Positions 40,713 through 50,007 of a DNA stretch of 64,000 nt are shown one piece after another. The stretch is taken from positions 10,039-74,038 of the forward strand of contig JASJDM010000030.1 of assembly GCA_030065125.1 (NCBI GenBank), given 5' to 3'. This DNA comes from Lysobacterales bacterium. Its GTDB lineage: Bacteria > Pseudomonadota > Gammaproteobacteria > Xanthomonadales > SZUA-38. The position numbers and the translations under genes are program-made. The notes below the pieces were generated by a model, which saw nothing but the letters and a program-made list of their open reading frames with translations, did no database searches and was not told the origin of the DNA. The first letter of the stretch is position 1. Each line of letters starts with the position of its first letter.

Positions 40713-43700
40713 ATGTCCCGTTTTGCTAAGCCTCTTGTTCATTCCGCAGCCGCGGTTCTGTTTGCCCTGATTTCCCTCCCCGCTACAGCCCAGTTGCCGC
40801 CGCCCCAGGAGGAAGCCTACTGCTGGGCGGTCGCAGACGGCGGCGATTCCCTGATTTTCGTCAACAAGGACGGCGATGGATTCAACAATCGCGGGCCCGT
40901 CGGCGTTCCCAACATTGAGGCAGTGGCCTTCAATCCCGGCGATGGAAGGCTCTACACGGCCGACAACGATCAGTTTGGTTATCTGGACTACGACGACGCT
41001 TTCGATGGTGACACTAACGATTCCGAGTTTGTGCCCCTCGGCAATGGTGTGGATTCGGTAACCTTGCCCAGCGGTGCTACGGTTGATATTAACGACATCG
41101 ACGGCCTGCAATTCGACCTGACCCGAATCGACGCCTCCACCGGGACCTTTGTGCTCTGGGCGACGGACCGGGAGGGTGGAGCCGACGACATTCTGTTCCA
41201 GATTGATCCCACCACCGGCGAGCTGGACACCACACCGACGCCGGGGTTCAGCAACGGCGCCACCGGCGTACGTATGAGCGGGGTAGGCTCCCTGCTGGAT
41301 ATCGACGATATTGCCGTGGATCCGCTGACCGGCATTCTCTACGGCATCAACAATGCCGGTGGCATCGACGACCAATTTGGCACCATCGATCCGGTGACCG
41401 GCGTTTTCGGGTTTATCTCCGTCTTTCGCAACACCGCCAGCGGCGCGCTGGTGATCGACATGGAAGGCTTTTCTTTCTCCGTGACCGGGCAACTCTATGG
41501 CACCACCGGTACCGGGGGAAATGCGACCAACGAGGATCATATCTGGCGCATTGATAAGGAAACTGGCGACACTACCGCCGTGCTGGATTTCCCGTCGCTG
41601 TCAGATTACGAGTCGGTGGGATGTCTCACCGACAACGTGATCAGCGGAGCGGTGTATTTCGACCTGGACGCAGACAACAGCTTTGAGCCCGCAGACGGTG
41701 AGAACGGGTTTTCCAACGCCACCGTTCGAATTTACATCGACAACAACAATAACAACCTGGTAGACGCCGGGGATACACAGCTGTGTAACAACTCGGGCGA
41801 TAACTACAACCTGCCCTGTCCGGTCACCGACAGCAACGGGCTCTATCGCTTTCCGGTGGGCCAGGGCAATTTTGTCGCTGATGTGGACGTGGCCACGGTG
41901 CCGTCAGGATCCACCCTGACCCACCCCACCAACTCCGAGGAAGCCGATTTTGGCGTGACCGACTTCGGCCAGGAGGACCCCAACAACAACTTCGGCTTTA
42001 CCCTGCCGACCGGCAGTGGCGACCTGACGTTGACCAAGACGTCCAACGTCCCCGCCAACGCGGTGCAGGGCCAGACCATCAGCTACACCCTGACCATTGC
42101 CAACCCCACCAGCGAGCTGCAGACCGGCATCGAGCTGACCGACGCATTGCCCGTTGGGGTCAGCTATGTGCCTGGTTCCACCACGGCCACCGGTCCCGCC
42201 GAGGTGTTCCTGCTGGACCGTTTTGACAGCAGCGCCTTCGACGGAAACAACGGCACGCGTAATTTCGCCGGACCCTGGGTCGAATCCAATGAACAGGGCG
42301 GCGGCGGTGGCCCAGGCGCCGGACAAATCCAGGTGACGGCCAGCGGCATGCGCCTGGATGATGAGCCGGATACCGCCGGCGATCCGGCGGTGGAACGGCT
42401 GGCGGACCTGACCGGATTCATCCGGGCATTCCTGGCCTTTGACTTCGGGACCACACCCGGCGTGGATGCCGCTGACGCCGTCCGTGTCGAAGTATCCAAC
42501 GGTGGCCCGTTCACCACCCTGGAGGACATCACCGGCATCAGCGGCGCCGTGGCCGGCAGCCGGGTGTACGACGTGACGTCTTTCATTTCCGCCACCACCA
42601 CGGTGCGCTTCACGGTGCTGGATTCCTACCACGAGGCTGACGAGTTCTTTACCTTCGACAACTTCGAAATCCGGGAAGGTGCCAACTGGCTCGACCGCTG
42701 GGATACTCAGGCATTCAATAACAGCGACGGCGCCCCCGATCCCTGGGCCACGGACTGGCTGGAGACGGGTGAGGCTGATGGTGCGGCTCTGGGCGACGTG
42801 GTGCAGACCACCGACGGTGCTGACAGCGTGCTGCGTATCCAGGGACCGGACAACGGTGTGGAGCGCGAGATCGACTTGTCCGCCTATGCCTCGGCCCGGC
42901 TCAGCCTTGAATTCCGGCGCCAGGGGCTGAACAGCTTCAACGATATCGTGTCGGTGGAAGTGTCCAGAAATGGCGGCGGCAACTGGACCGAGCTGGCGCG
43001 CCTGCGCGGCGCCCCCCCGAGCGTAACGGACACCGATTATCAGCCGCTGAGCTTCGATATCAGTGACTTCATTTCTGCCAACACCCGGATCCGATTCCTC
43101 TCGAGCTCCAACCTGAACGTCGCGGAACAGGTGTTCATCGACAACGTTCAGGTGGACGTGCGCTCCCGCCAGACCCTGACCAAGGACAACGTAACGGGGG
43201 GCGCCAACGCCGACCTGGTCGACGGTTCGCCACCTTCGCTGATTGATGCCTCGGATCGCTTTGTGCTGGATAACGGGGAGTCCGTGACGTTGACCTTCGA
43301 TGTCACCGTGGATGATCCCTTGAGCCCGGCCATCAACGACCTGACCAACTCTGCCCTGGTCTCCAGCGAACAGGACCCGCTGCCCACCACGGCCAGCGTC
43401 ACCGATCCCGTGGTGCGCGGCTCCATCGGTGATTTTGTCTGGAACGACCTCAACGGCAATGGTCTCCAGGACGGCGGCGCCGAGGTGGGGATTGCCAATG
43501 TGACGCTGGAGCTGGACGACGGCAGCTGCACCCTGGGGGTGGACTGCCGCACGGTGATCACCGATGGCGCTGGCGCCTACCTGTTCGACAACCTGGCGCC
43601 CGGAACCTACGCCGTCAACGTGGTGGACGCCACGCTGCCGCCGGGGTCGGTCCTTTCCCCCGGCCTGGCTGACCCCGTTTCCGGGCTGGTGATTACCGCC

Positions 43701-45257
43701 GCTGAGAACATCCTGACCGCGGACTTCGGCTACGTCCCCACCGGCACGGTATCGGGCCACCTGTACCTGGACAGCAACAACAACGGTACCCAGGACGCCG
43801 GCGAACCGGACCTGGCCAATGTGGATGTGATCATCACCGACAGCAGTGGCGGCATGCAGACCGTGACCTCCGACGCCAACGGCGACTGGACGGCCACGGT
43901 GATCGCGGGCAGCACCACGGCGGACGTGGACGAGAGCGACCCGGATTACCCGACCGGTGCCACCCAGACCGAGGGCACCGATCCCACCGTGGTGACGGCG
44001 GTTGCCGGCACCAACGTGGATGCGGGCAATGACGGATACTTCCTGCCTCCCACCGGCACCGTGTCTGGCCACCTGTACCTGGACAGAAACAACAATGGCA
44101 CCCAGGACGCGGTTGAGCCGGACCTGGCCAATGTGGATGTGGTCGTCACCGACAGCGGCGGCGGCATGCAGACCGTGACCTCAGACGCCAACGGCGACTG
44201 GACGGCCACGGTGATCGCGGGCAGCACCACGGCGGACGTGGACGAGACCGATCCAGATTTCCCCACGGGCGCCACCCAGACCGAAGGGACTGACCCAACC
44301 ACTGTCACGGCGGTAGCCGGCACCAACGTGGACGCGGGCAACGATGGTTACTTTGTTCCCGCCACCGTCACCGTGCACCTGTTTATCGACACCAACGGAA
44401 ACGGTACCCAGGACGCCGGTGAACCGGACCTGGCCGGTGTCGATGTCACCATTACCGACAGCGGCGGCGGCATGCAGACCGTGCCCAGCGATCCCGGCGG
44501 CGATGTTTCGGTCAGCGTCCCTCCTGGCACCACCACGATCGACGTGGTTGACGGCACAGTACCGCCCGGGCTGACCCTGACCACGGCGAATGATCCACAG
44601 ACTGTCACGGCGGTCAGCGGCAGCACCGTCCCGGGAACCGATATTGGCTACCAGCCTGCGGAGAACCCGGTCATCGGACTGGCCAAACGCGTGCTTTCGC
44701 TGACCGATACCGGTACCGGTTCCTGGGATGTGGTGTACCGGTTTGAGCTGGAAAACCTGGGTGACGTGGACCTGTCCAGCGTCCAGGTGACTGATGATCT
44801 TGGAGTGACCTTTCCGTCACCGGTGACCTTTACGGTCCAGGTGGCGCCCACGACTACCGGAACACTGGCGGCGAACTCGATGTTCAACGGCGGAACCGAT
44901 CAGAACCTGCTGGCGCCGGCGTCCTCCAGCCTGACCGTGGGCGCAACGGCCAGCATTACCATCACGGTCCGCATCGATCCGGCCGGCCTGACGGGTCCGT
45001 TCAACAACAGCGCCGTGGCCAGCGGCACCAGCCCGACCACCACGGTGGTCACCGACATCTCGGACGACGGCGTGGATCCGGACACCAACAGCAACAGTGA
45101 TCCGACGGAGCCGTCGGAGAACGATCCCACACCGGTGGTCATTCCCACGGGGACGCCCGCGGCGTTACCGGTACCCACCCTGGGGGCGTGGGGTCTGCTG
45201 CTGATGAGCCTGCTGCTGATGGCCGCGGCAGGCCGCGCCCTGAGGGGCAGCCGTTAA
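40713..45257 (+). CDS. Large surface adhesin: beta-propeller-like N-domain, SdrD B-like repeats, DUF11 domains, C-terminal IPTL-CTERM sorting signal
   Basis: Signal MSRFAKPLVHSAAAVLFALISLPATA. Propeller blades NIEAVAFNP, DIDDIAVDP, DMEGFSFS. SIGDFVWNDLNGNG and SGHLYLDSNNNG repeats. Ends VPTLGAWGLLLMSLLLMAAAGRALRGSR. Confidence 0.9.
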   Translation: MSRFAKPLVHSAAAVLFALISLPATAQLPPPQEEAYCWAVADGGDSLIFVNKDGDGFNNRGPVGVPNIEAVAFNPGDGRLYTADNDQFGYLDYDDAFDGDTNDSEFVPLGNGVDSVTLPSGATVDINDIDGLQFDLTRIDASTGTFVLWATDREGGADDILFQIDPTTGELDTTPTPGFSNGATGVRMSGVGSLLDIDDIAVDPLTGILYGINNAGGIDDQFGTIDPVTGVFGFISVFRNTASGALVIDMEGFSFSVTGQLYGTTGTGGNATNEDHIWRIDKETGDTTAVLDFPSLSDYESVGCLTDNVISGAVYFDLDADNSFEPADGENGFSNATVRIYIDNNNNNLVDAGDTQLCNNSGDNYNLPCPVTDSNGLYRFPVGQGNFVADVDVATVPSGSTLTHPTNSEEADFGVTDFGQEDPNNNFGFTLPTGSGDLTLTKTSNVPANAVQGQTISYTLTIANPTSELQTGIELTDALPVGVSYVPGSTTATGPAEVFLLDRFDSSAFDGNNGTRNFAGPWVESNEQGGGGGPGAGQIQVTASGMRLDDEPDTAGDPAVERLADLTGFIRAFLAFDFGTTPGVDAADAVRVEVSNGGPFTTLEDITGISGAVAGSRVYDVTSFISATTTVRFTVLDSYHEADEFFTFDNFEIREGANWLDRWDTQAFNNSDGAPDPWATDWLETGEADGAALGDVVQTTDGADSVLRIQGPDNGVEREIDLSAYASARLSLEFRRQGLNSFNDIVSVEVSRNGGGNWTELARLRGAPPSVTDTDYQPLSFDISDFISANTRIRFLSSSNLNVAEQVFIDNVQVDVRSRQTLTKDNVTGGANADLVDGSPPSLIDASDRFVLDNGESVTLTFDVTVDDPLSPAINDLTNSALVSSEQDPLPTTASVTDPVVRGSIGDFVWNDLNGNGLQDGGAEVGIANVTLELDDGSCTLGVDCRTVITDGAGAYLFDNLAPGTYAVNVVDATLPPGSVLSPGLADPVSGLVITAAENILTADFGYVPTGTVSGHLYLDSNNNGTQDAGEPDLANVDVIITDSSGGMQTVTSDANGDWTATVIAGSTTADVDESDPDYPTGATQTEGTDPTVVTAVAGTNVDAGNDGYFLPPTGTVSGHLYLDRNNNGTQDAVEPDLANVDVVVTDSGGGMQTVTSDANGDWTATVIAGSTTADVDETDPDFPTGATQTEGTDPTTVTAVAGTNVDAGNDGYFVPATVTVHLFIDTNGNGTQDAGEPDLAGVDVTITDSGGGMQTVPSDPGGDVSVSVPPGTTTIDVVDGTVPPGLTLTTANDPQTVTAVSGSTVPGTDIGYQPAENPVIGLAKRVLSLTDTGTGSWDVVYRFELENLGDVDLSSVQVTDDLGVTFPSPVTFTVQVAPTTTGTLAANSMFNGGTDQNLLAPASSSLTVGATASITITVRIDPAGLTGPFNNSAVASGTSPTTTVVTDISDDGVDPDTNSNSDPTEPSENDPTPVVIPTGTPAALPVPTLGAWGLLLMSLLLMAAAGRALRGSR
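43737..44360 (+). repeat. Near-identical 312-bp tandem duplication (two SdrD B-like domains) followed by a diverged third copy
   Basis: PTGTVSGHLYLD...DAGNDGYF at 43737 and 44049, with long identical DNA stretches (e.g. gacgccaacggcgactggacggccacggtgatcgcgggcagcaccacggcggacgtggacgaga). Confidence 0.9.
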
Positions 45258-45263
45258 GACAAT

Positions 45264-45289
45264 GAGGGCGTGCCGGGTGGCACGCCCTC
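45264..45289. terminator. Hairpin between convergent genes (likely bidirectional terminator)
   Basis: GAGGGCGTGCC-gggt-GGCACGCCCTC perfect 11-bp stem. Confidence 0.7.
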
Positions 45290-45302
45290 GATTTCAAGGC
45301 TC

Positions 45303-47366
45303 TTAGAAGAAGGTCCGGAATCCCAGCACCAGGTTGCGGCCGGGGCGCAGCACCCGGTCCTTGAGGAAGGACGTGTGGTTGCGCGCTTCTTCGTCACCCA
45401 GGTTGCGGCCCCGGGCGAAAAATTCCCAGCTGGCTCCGCCGGCAGTTTCCAGCGTGTAGGCCAGGTCAGCGTTGACCAGAGTGTAGCCGTCTGTGGGCAT
45501 CTCGAAGCTGGCCACCTCGTCCTGGTCGTCGTAGCGGATCACGTCCAGTGACGCTGACCAGTTGCCGGCGTCCCAGTTCAGCCCCGCGCCGATCCGGGCC
45601 GGAGCCAGGCGGGGCAGGTTGGAACCGTCATCCAGTTCGGCATCCACGGTGTCGAAAAACCCGCGCACAACCCAGTGACCCAGTTCAGTGTCACCGATGT
45701 CGTAGCTGAGTTCGCCTTCAAAGCCATAGAACTCGGCGTCCTGCTGGGTCCACTGCCGAACGGGGAAGCCGTCTTCCTCGCTGCCGACATCCATCAGGTA
45801 AATGAAGTCGGAGAAATCATTGCGGAAAAAGGTCAGGGCGCCGGTGAAGGCACCGGCATGGCGGCGCAGCGAAATCTCCAGGCTGGTGGACGCTTCTTCA
45901 TCCAGGGTGGCGTCGCCGATCTCGAAGGTCTGGGTGGCGATGTGAGGACCGTTGGCAAAAAGTTCTTCTTCTGCCGGAGCGCGCTCCGCCCGGCTCAGGT
46001 TGAAGGCCAGGTGAGAGGAAGGATCAAAGTGCCAGACGGCGCCAGCGCTCACCGAGAACGGCGAATGACCTGCCGACTGACCATCTGCGGTGGTGACATC
46101 ACGGTCTTCCAGTCGGGCACCGACTTCCACTCGCCAGTCGCCAAACTCCCGCTCTTCCAGCAGGAACAGGGCCAGACTGTCGGTTTCGCTGGGTGGCACA
46201 AAAGCCTCTTCACCAATGGCTGAAAACTCCCGGTCAGCCGCTTGCAGGCCAATGACGCCACGCCAGCCGCCGACGGGATTGTGAACAAACTCCGCCCGGG
46301 CCTCGGTGGTCTGAGTATCGAACTGAGTGCCGATTTCGGCGCCCTCAAGTTCCACGTGGGCATAGTCACTGTCGGAGACCAGGAACCGGAGCCGCTCGAA
46401 ACCGCCGAAGGGGTTTTCGACCTGCAGATCAAAGTCTACGCGGTCGTTCTCCAGGTCGATACTGACCAGCTCCTCTTCTTCCTCCTCGTGCTCTTCCTCT
46501 TCGTGTTCCTCGCCTTCATGTTCGTGTCCTTCTTCATGAGCGTGTCCGGGCACGCCGTACAGGGTCTCGAACCGGGACCAGGCAAAGCCCATGGTCCAGC
46601 CGTCGCCGATGTAGGAAGCGCCCACGGCGCCGCCGCGGGTGTCCACGGCGCTGTTTTCCAACAGGCCGGTGAACTCCTCTTCCTCGTGCTCTTCCTCCTC
46701 GTGTTCATCCTCATCGTGCAGTTCGGCCGGACCGGGGATTTCATAGTCGTCGCTGTCGCGCCGGAAGGCGTCTACGTGGAAGGCCCAGTTGCCGCTGCCG
46801 AAGTCCAGTTCGACCCCGGCAAAGCGCTCGTCAGCCACGGTGTCTCCGCTGAGGACAATTTCCCCGTCGAGGCCGTCAGCCACCCGCGGCGGGATGCGGT
46901 GAGTGCGGACGTTGACCACGCCGCCGATGGTGTCTGAGCCGTACAGGAGGGTGGCGGGGCCGCGCAGCACCTCGATCTGTTCCGCCAGGAAGGGTTCAAT
47001 GGAGACCGCGTGGTCGGCGCTGACGTTGGACACGTCATTGGAGCTGACGTTGTTCTCCAGGATGTCGATTCTGGCGCCGTCCAGCCCGCGGATGACGGGG
47101 CGGCCCACGCCGGGGCCAAAGCTGGCGTTTTGCACGCCTGGCAGCCCCTCCACCGTGTCGCCAATGGTCCCTTTCAGAGCACGATCCAGTTCTTCCGCGG
47201 TCAGTACGCTGGAAGACTGGGTCATTTCCAGGGCGCTGGCGCCCAGGGGGGATGCGGTGACGACAACGGTCTCAAGAGACTCGTGGTCGTGATCAGAGTC
47301 TTGGGCAACTGCAGACTGGGCGCAGATTGCCAGCGCAATTGCAGCGGATAATTTGTTGCTGTTCAT
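45303..47366 (-). CDS. TonB-dependent receptor, ZnuD-like (His/Glu-rich loops)
   Basis: TonB box ETVVVTAS, PGVQNASFGPGVGRPVIRG, SADHAVSIEP, EVLRGPATLLYGS, ELFANGPHIAT, RNHTSFLKD, C-terminal F; loops HDEDEHEEEEHEEEE and HAHEEGHEHEGEEHEEEEHEEEEE. Confidence 0.9.
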   Translation of the reverse strand: MNSNKLSAAIALAICAQSAVAQDSDHDHESLETVVVTASPLGASALEMTQSSSVLTAEELDRALKGTIGDTVEGLPGVQNASFGPGVGRPVIRGLDGARIDILENNVSSNDVSNVSADHAVSIEPFLAEQIEVLRGPATLLYGSDTIGGVVNVRTHRIPPRVADGLDGEIVLSGDTVADERFAGVELDFGSGNWAFHVDAFRRDSDDYEIPGPAELHDEDEHEEEEHEEEEFTGLLENSAVDTRGGAVGASYIGDGWTMGFAWSRFETLYGVPGHAHEEGHEHEGEEHEEEEHEEEEEELVSIDLENDRVDFDLQVENPFGGFERLRFLVSDSDYAHVELEGAEIGTQFDTQTTEARAEFVHNPVGGWRGVIGLQAADREFSAIGEEAFVPPSETDSLALFLLEEREFGDWRVEVGARLEDRDVTTADGQSAGHSPFSVSAGAVWHFDPSSHLAFNLSRAERAPAEEELFANGPHIATQTFEIGDATLDEEASTSLEISLRRHAGAFTGALTFFRNDFSDFIYLMDVGSEEDGFPVRQWTQQDAEFYGFEGELSYDIGDTELGHWVVRGFFDTVDAELDDGSNLPRLAPARIGAGLNWDAGNWSASLDVIRYDDQDEVASFEMPTDGYTLVNADLAYTLETAGGASWEFFARGRNLGDEEARNHTSFLKDRVLRPGRNLVLGFRTFF

Positions 47367-47444
47367 TTCGATTCCGATTCAATACGGTCGCGCAGCTGTT
47401 GGCGCGGCCGTGCCAAAAGTTATTCGGCCCCGGGGCCGGCAAGG

Positions 47445-47759
47445 TCAAGGCAGTGATGGAATCGCAGCAGGCGGTGCGCGCTGGCCGGGCAGGGCGCAGG
47501 CCGACGCTAAATGAGTCGAGCGTCCGGGTAGATCCCGGGCTGGCTCCACCGAAAGCGGGTTAACCAGCGGGGAATCCGCTGCGGGGCAGGCATGGTCGAG
47601 CTGTTTCCCGACCAGGCAGACCGTGCAGTGTTCACCGAACTGTTCGCCGTAATCCAGGTGGTCCAGCAGGTGGGTGGAGGCCGTGACCTGGGCGCACAGC
47701 ATGATCGATGCCAGCAGCAGCTGCCATCGAAGTGCACGCTTATGGCGTCCAGAGATCAT
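47445..47759 (-). CDS. DUF2946-like leader protein with CxxC and RAPP arrest motif
   Basis: N-terminal hydrophobic segment, THLLDH, EHCTVC, Pro-rich linker, QRAPPA near the C-terminus (RAPP 47469-47480); directly upstream of the TonB receptor. Confidence 0.75.
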   Translation of the reverse strand: MISGRHKRALRWQLLLASIMLCAQVTASTHLLDHLDYGEQFGEHCTVCLVGKQLDHACPAADSPLVNPLSVEPARDLPGRSTHLASACALPGQRAPPAAIPSLP

Positions 47760-47819
47760 CCCGACAGTATAACGCTGATTTCGGTAACGAAACACGTCAC
47801 AAGTCCCGCCCGGCGTGGG

Positions 47820-49229
47820 CTACACCCGCAGGGTCAGGCCATCGGCCAGGGTATTGCGGTAGGCGCGCCACGCGGGCCACAGCGCCAGCAATGTGGCGGC
47901 CAGCACCACCGCGAGCACCACCATCAGCTCAAACGGACCTGGCCAGTGCCACTGCAGCACCAATCCCAGGCGGGTTTCCATAAAGCCGCCCGCAATGCCC
48001 ACCAGGGCCGCCTGCAGGGCAACTCCCAGCATTGCGCCGGCGCCGGCGATCAGCCCGGCTTCTGACAGCATCAGGAAAAAGATGTGGGATGGCCTTGCGC
48101 CGACGGATCGCAGTATGGCCATCTCCCGACGGCGCTCGTTCAGGCTGGTCAGGATCGAGGCCAGCAATCCCAGCAGGCCAGCAACGATGACAAATCCGCT
48201 GATGGTCAGCAGGGCCAGTTCCACCATGCCCACCAGCCCCCAGAGTTCCTGCAGGGTCTGGCCGGGGATGATGGCGAGCAGCGCTTCTCCCGGCAGCTGG
48301 TTGATGGCGCGTTGCACCTTCAGGGTATCCACCCGGTTTGTCAGTCCGACAAGAAAGGCGGTGATGGACTCAGGGTCGCCAAGCTGTTCCGCGGCATCAT
48401 GACCATCGTGCTCATGGGTTTCACCGCCATGATCATCATGCTCATGGGTTTCATCACCATGATCTGCGTGATCATGACCTTCATGATCATTATTCGTCTG
48501 GTCGTGGTTGTCATGGCCGCCATCCGCGCGACTATGGGCCTCACCCTGGTGGGCGTGGGAGTCTGGCGGGGTGCCGGGCTGCTGGTGGATCAGGTCGCTG
48601 GCAGCCAGGGGTACGTGGACGGTCTGGTCCACTGGCGTACCGGTGGGGTGGAGGATGCCAACGACGGTAAACGGGTATTCGTCATGGGTATGGAAGCTGG
48701 TGGCGCCGATGCCGTGGGAAATCTCGATGGGCGTACCCACGGGATAGCCCAGGGCCGCTGCCACCTCGGATCCGATGACCGCCTGCTGGACCTCGCCGCC
48801 AAACGCCGTACCCGAGGCCAGGGCAAGGCTGCGGCCCGACCCGTACCGGTAGTGCTCAAAATACGCCGGGGTGGTGCCCAGTACCCGGTAACCACGGTGG
48901 GAATCGCCCAGGGAAATGGGAACGGTCCATTTCACCAGCGGGCTTGCGGCGATCTTCTGGTAGCTCTCCCAGGACAGGTTGTTGGTGGGGCTGCCCATGC
49001 GGAATACCGAATAGAGCAGCAGCTGCAGGGGGCCGGAGCGGGCGCCGACGATGAGGTCGGTGTCAGATATGGTGCTGGCAAAGCTGTTGCGCGCTTCTTT
49101 GCGGATGTGCTCCACACCCAGCAGCAGGGAAACGCTGACCGCGATGGAAAACAGGGTCAGTGCCGCCGTGCCGCGTCGGTTCAGCAGGCTTTTGGCGGCC
49201 AGCCGCAAAATGGTGCCCTGGTCAGACAT
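47820..49229 (-). CDS. MacB/FtsX-type ABC permease with His-rich periplasmic loop (ZrgC-like)
   Basis: AKSLLNRR, DLIVGARSGPLQLLLYSVFRMG, PISLGDSHRGYRVLGT, SLNERRREMAILRSVGA; HAHQGEAH...HDHADHGDETHEHDDHGGETHEHDGHD insert. Confidence 0.88.
   Translation of the reverse strand: MSDQGTILRLAAKSLLNRRGTAALTLFSIAVSVSLLLGVEHIRKEARNSFASTISDTDLIVGARSGPLQLLLYSVFRMGSPTNNLSWESYQKIAASPLVKWTVPISLGDSHRGYRVLGTTPAYFEHYRYGSGRSLALASGTAFGGEVQQAVIGSEVAAALGYPVGTPIEISHGIGATSFHTHDEYPFTVVGILHPTGTPVDQTVHVPLAASDLIHQQPGTPPDSHAHQGEAHSRADGGHDNHDQTNNDHEGHDHADHGDETHEHDDHGGETHEHDGHDAAEQLGDPESITAFLVGLTNRVDTLKVQRAINQLPGEALLAIIPGQTLQELWGLVGMVELALLTISGFVIVAGLLGLLASILTSLNERRREMAILRSVGARPSHIFFLMLSEAGLIAGAGAMLGVALQAALVGIAGGFMETRLGLVLQWHWPGPFELMVVLAVVLAATLLALWPAWRAYRNTLADGLTLRV
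48398..48457 (-). repeat. Two 30-bp tandem repeats encoding the His-rich loop
   Basis: catgaccatcgtgctcatgggtttcaccgc / catgatcatcatgctcatgggtttcatcac. Confidence 0.75.
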
Positions 49230-49935
49230 GCTCCACCGCGACTTCATTCAGGGTACGCATGTCCAGCTGTCGGTCGAAGTTGTCGGCCAGGGACCGGTCA
49301 TGGCTCACGAACAGCAGCGTCGTCCCGGCGCGACGGCATTCACCCTGCAGCAGATCAAGAAAGTCTCCACGCACGTCGTGGTCCAGTGCCGAGGTGGGTT
49401 CATCGGCAACCAGCAGTTCCGGATGACCGATCAACGCCCGGGCCGCGGCGACCCGCTGCTGCTGACCGATGCTGAGGGCGTTGACCGGTCGAGTGAGCAG
49501 CTTGCCCCGGACCCCGAGGGTGTCCAGCAGGTGGCGTGCCGCGTCGGTCACCGAACCGGACGTCGCGGCCCGCTGTGCGCGTCGGCCCGAAAACCGGCAG
49601 GCCAGGCTGACGTTCTCCAGCACAGACAGGTAGGGCAGCAGGTTGAACTGCTGAAAAATGAACCCGACGTGCTCCGCCCGGAACCGGTCCCGGGCGGCCT
49701 GGCGCATGGCCGCCAGGTCCTGCCCCAGGATCCGGATGCTGCCGCTGTCGGCCTGAAGCACACCGCCGATCAGGGCCAGCAGCGTACTCTTGCCGCTGCC
49801 GCTGGCGCCGCCCAGGAACACCTGCTCGCCCGCCCCGATGCCGAGGTTTTCGACATGCAGCAGCGGGTGCCCGGGGTCCCAGGCAAATCTCAGTTCTTTC
49901 AGGGCGACGGCGACGTCGCCGGCCGGCTCATTCAT
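49222..49935 (-). CDS. ABC transporter ATP-binding protein (LolD/ZrgB-like)
   Basis: GASGSGKST, GFIFQQFNLLPYL, LSIGQQQRVA, LVADEPTSALD, VSHD. Confidence 0.93.
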   Translation of the reverse strand: MNEPAGDVAVALKELRFAWDPGHPLLHVENLGIGAGEQVFLGGASGSGKSTLLALIGGVLQADSGSIRILGQDLAAMRQAARDRFRAEHVGFIFQQFNLLPYLSVLENVSLACRFSGRRAQRAATSGSVTDAARHLLDTLGVRGKLLTRPVNALSIGQQQRVAAARALIGHPELLVADEPTSALDHDVRGDFLDLLQGECRRAGTTLLFVSHDRSLADNFDRQLDMRTLNEVAVEHV

Positions 49936-50007
49936 TGTTCACTGCAGGATGCGGCAGGCCGGAGATTGTAACCACTAAGCTGTGGAGGCCCTATTCACAA
50001 TTCGGCC

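Noticed and set aside
46470-46725. GAA/GAG/CAC-rich repeats as a tandem-repeat or CRISPR-like array
   Set aside because: Low-complexity coding for His/Glu loops of the TonB receptor; no constant repeat-spacer structure. No CRISPR array, tRNA, rRNA or transposase was recognised anywhere in the window.
47760-47802. Possible Zur box upstream of the RAPP leader (CGTTATACTGTCGG on the minus strand)
   Set aside because: Only one half-site matches; it is equally explained as a -10 element.
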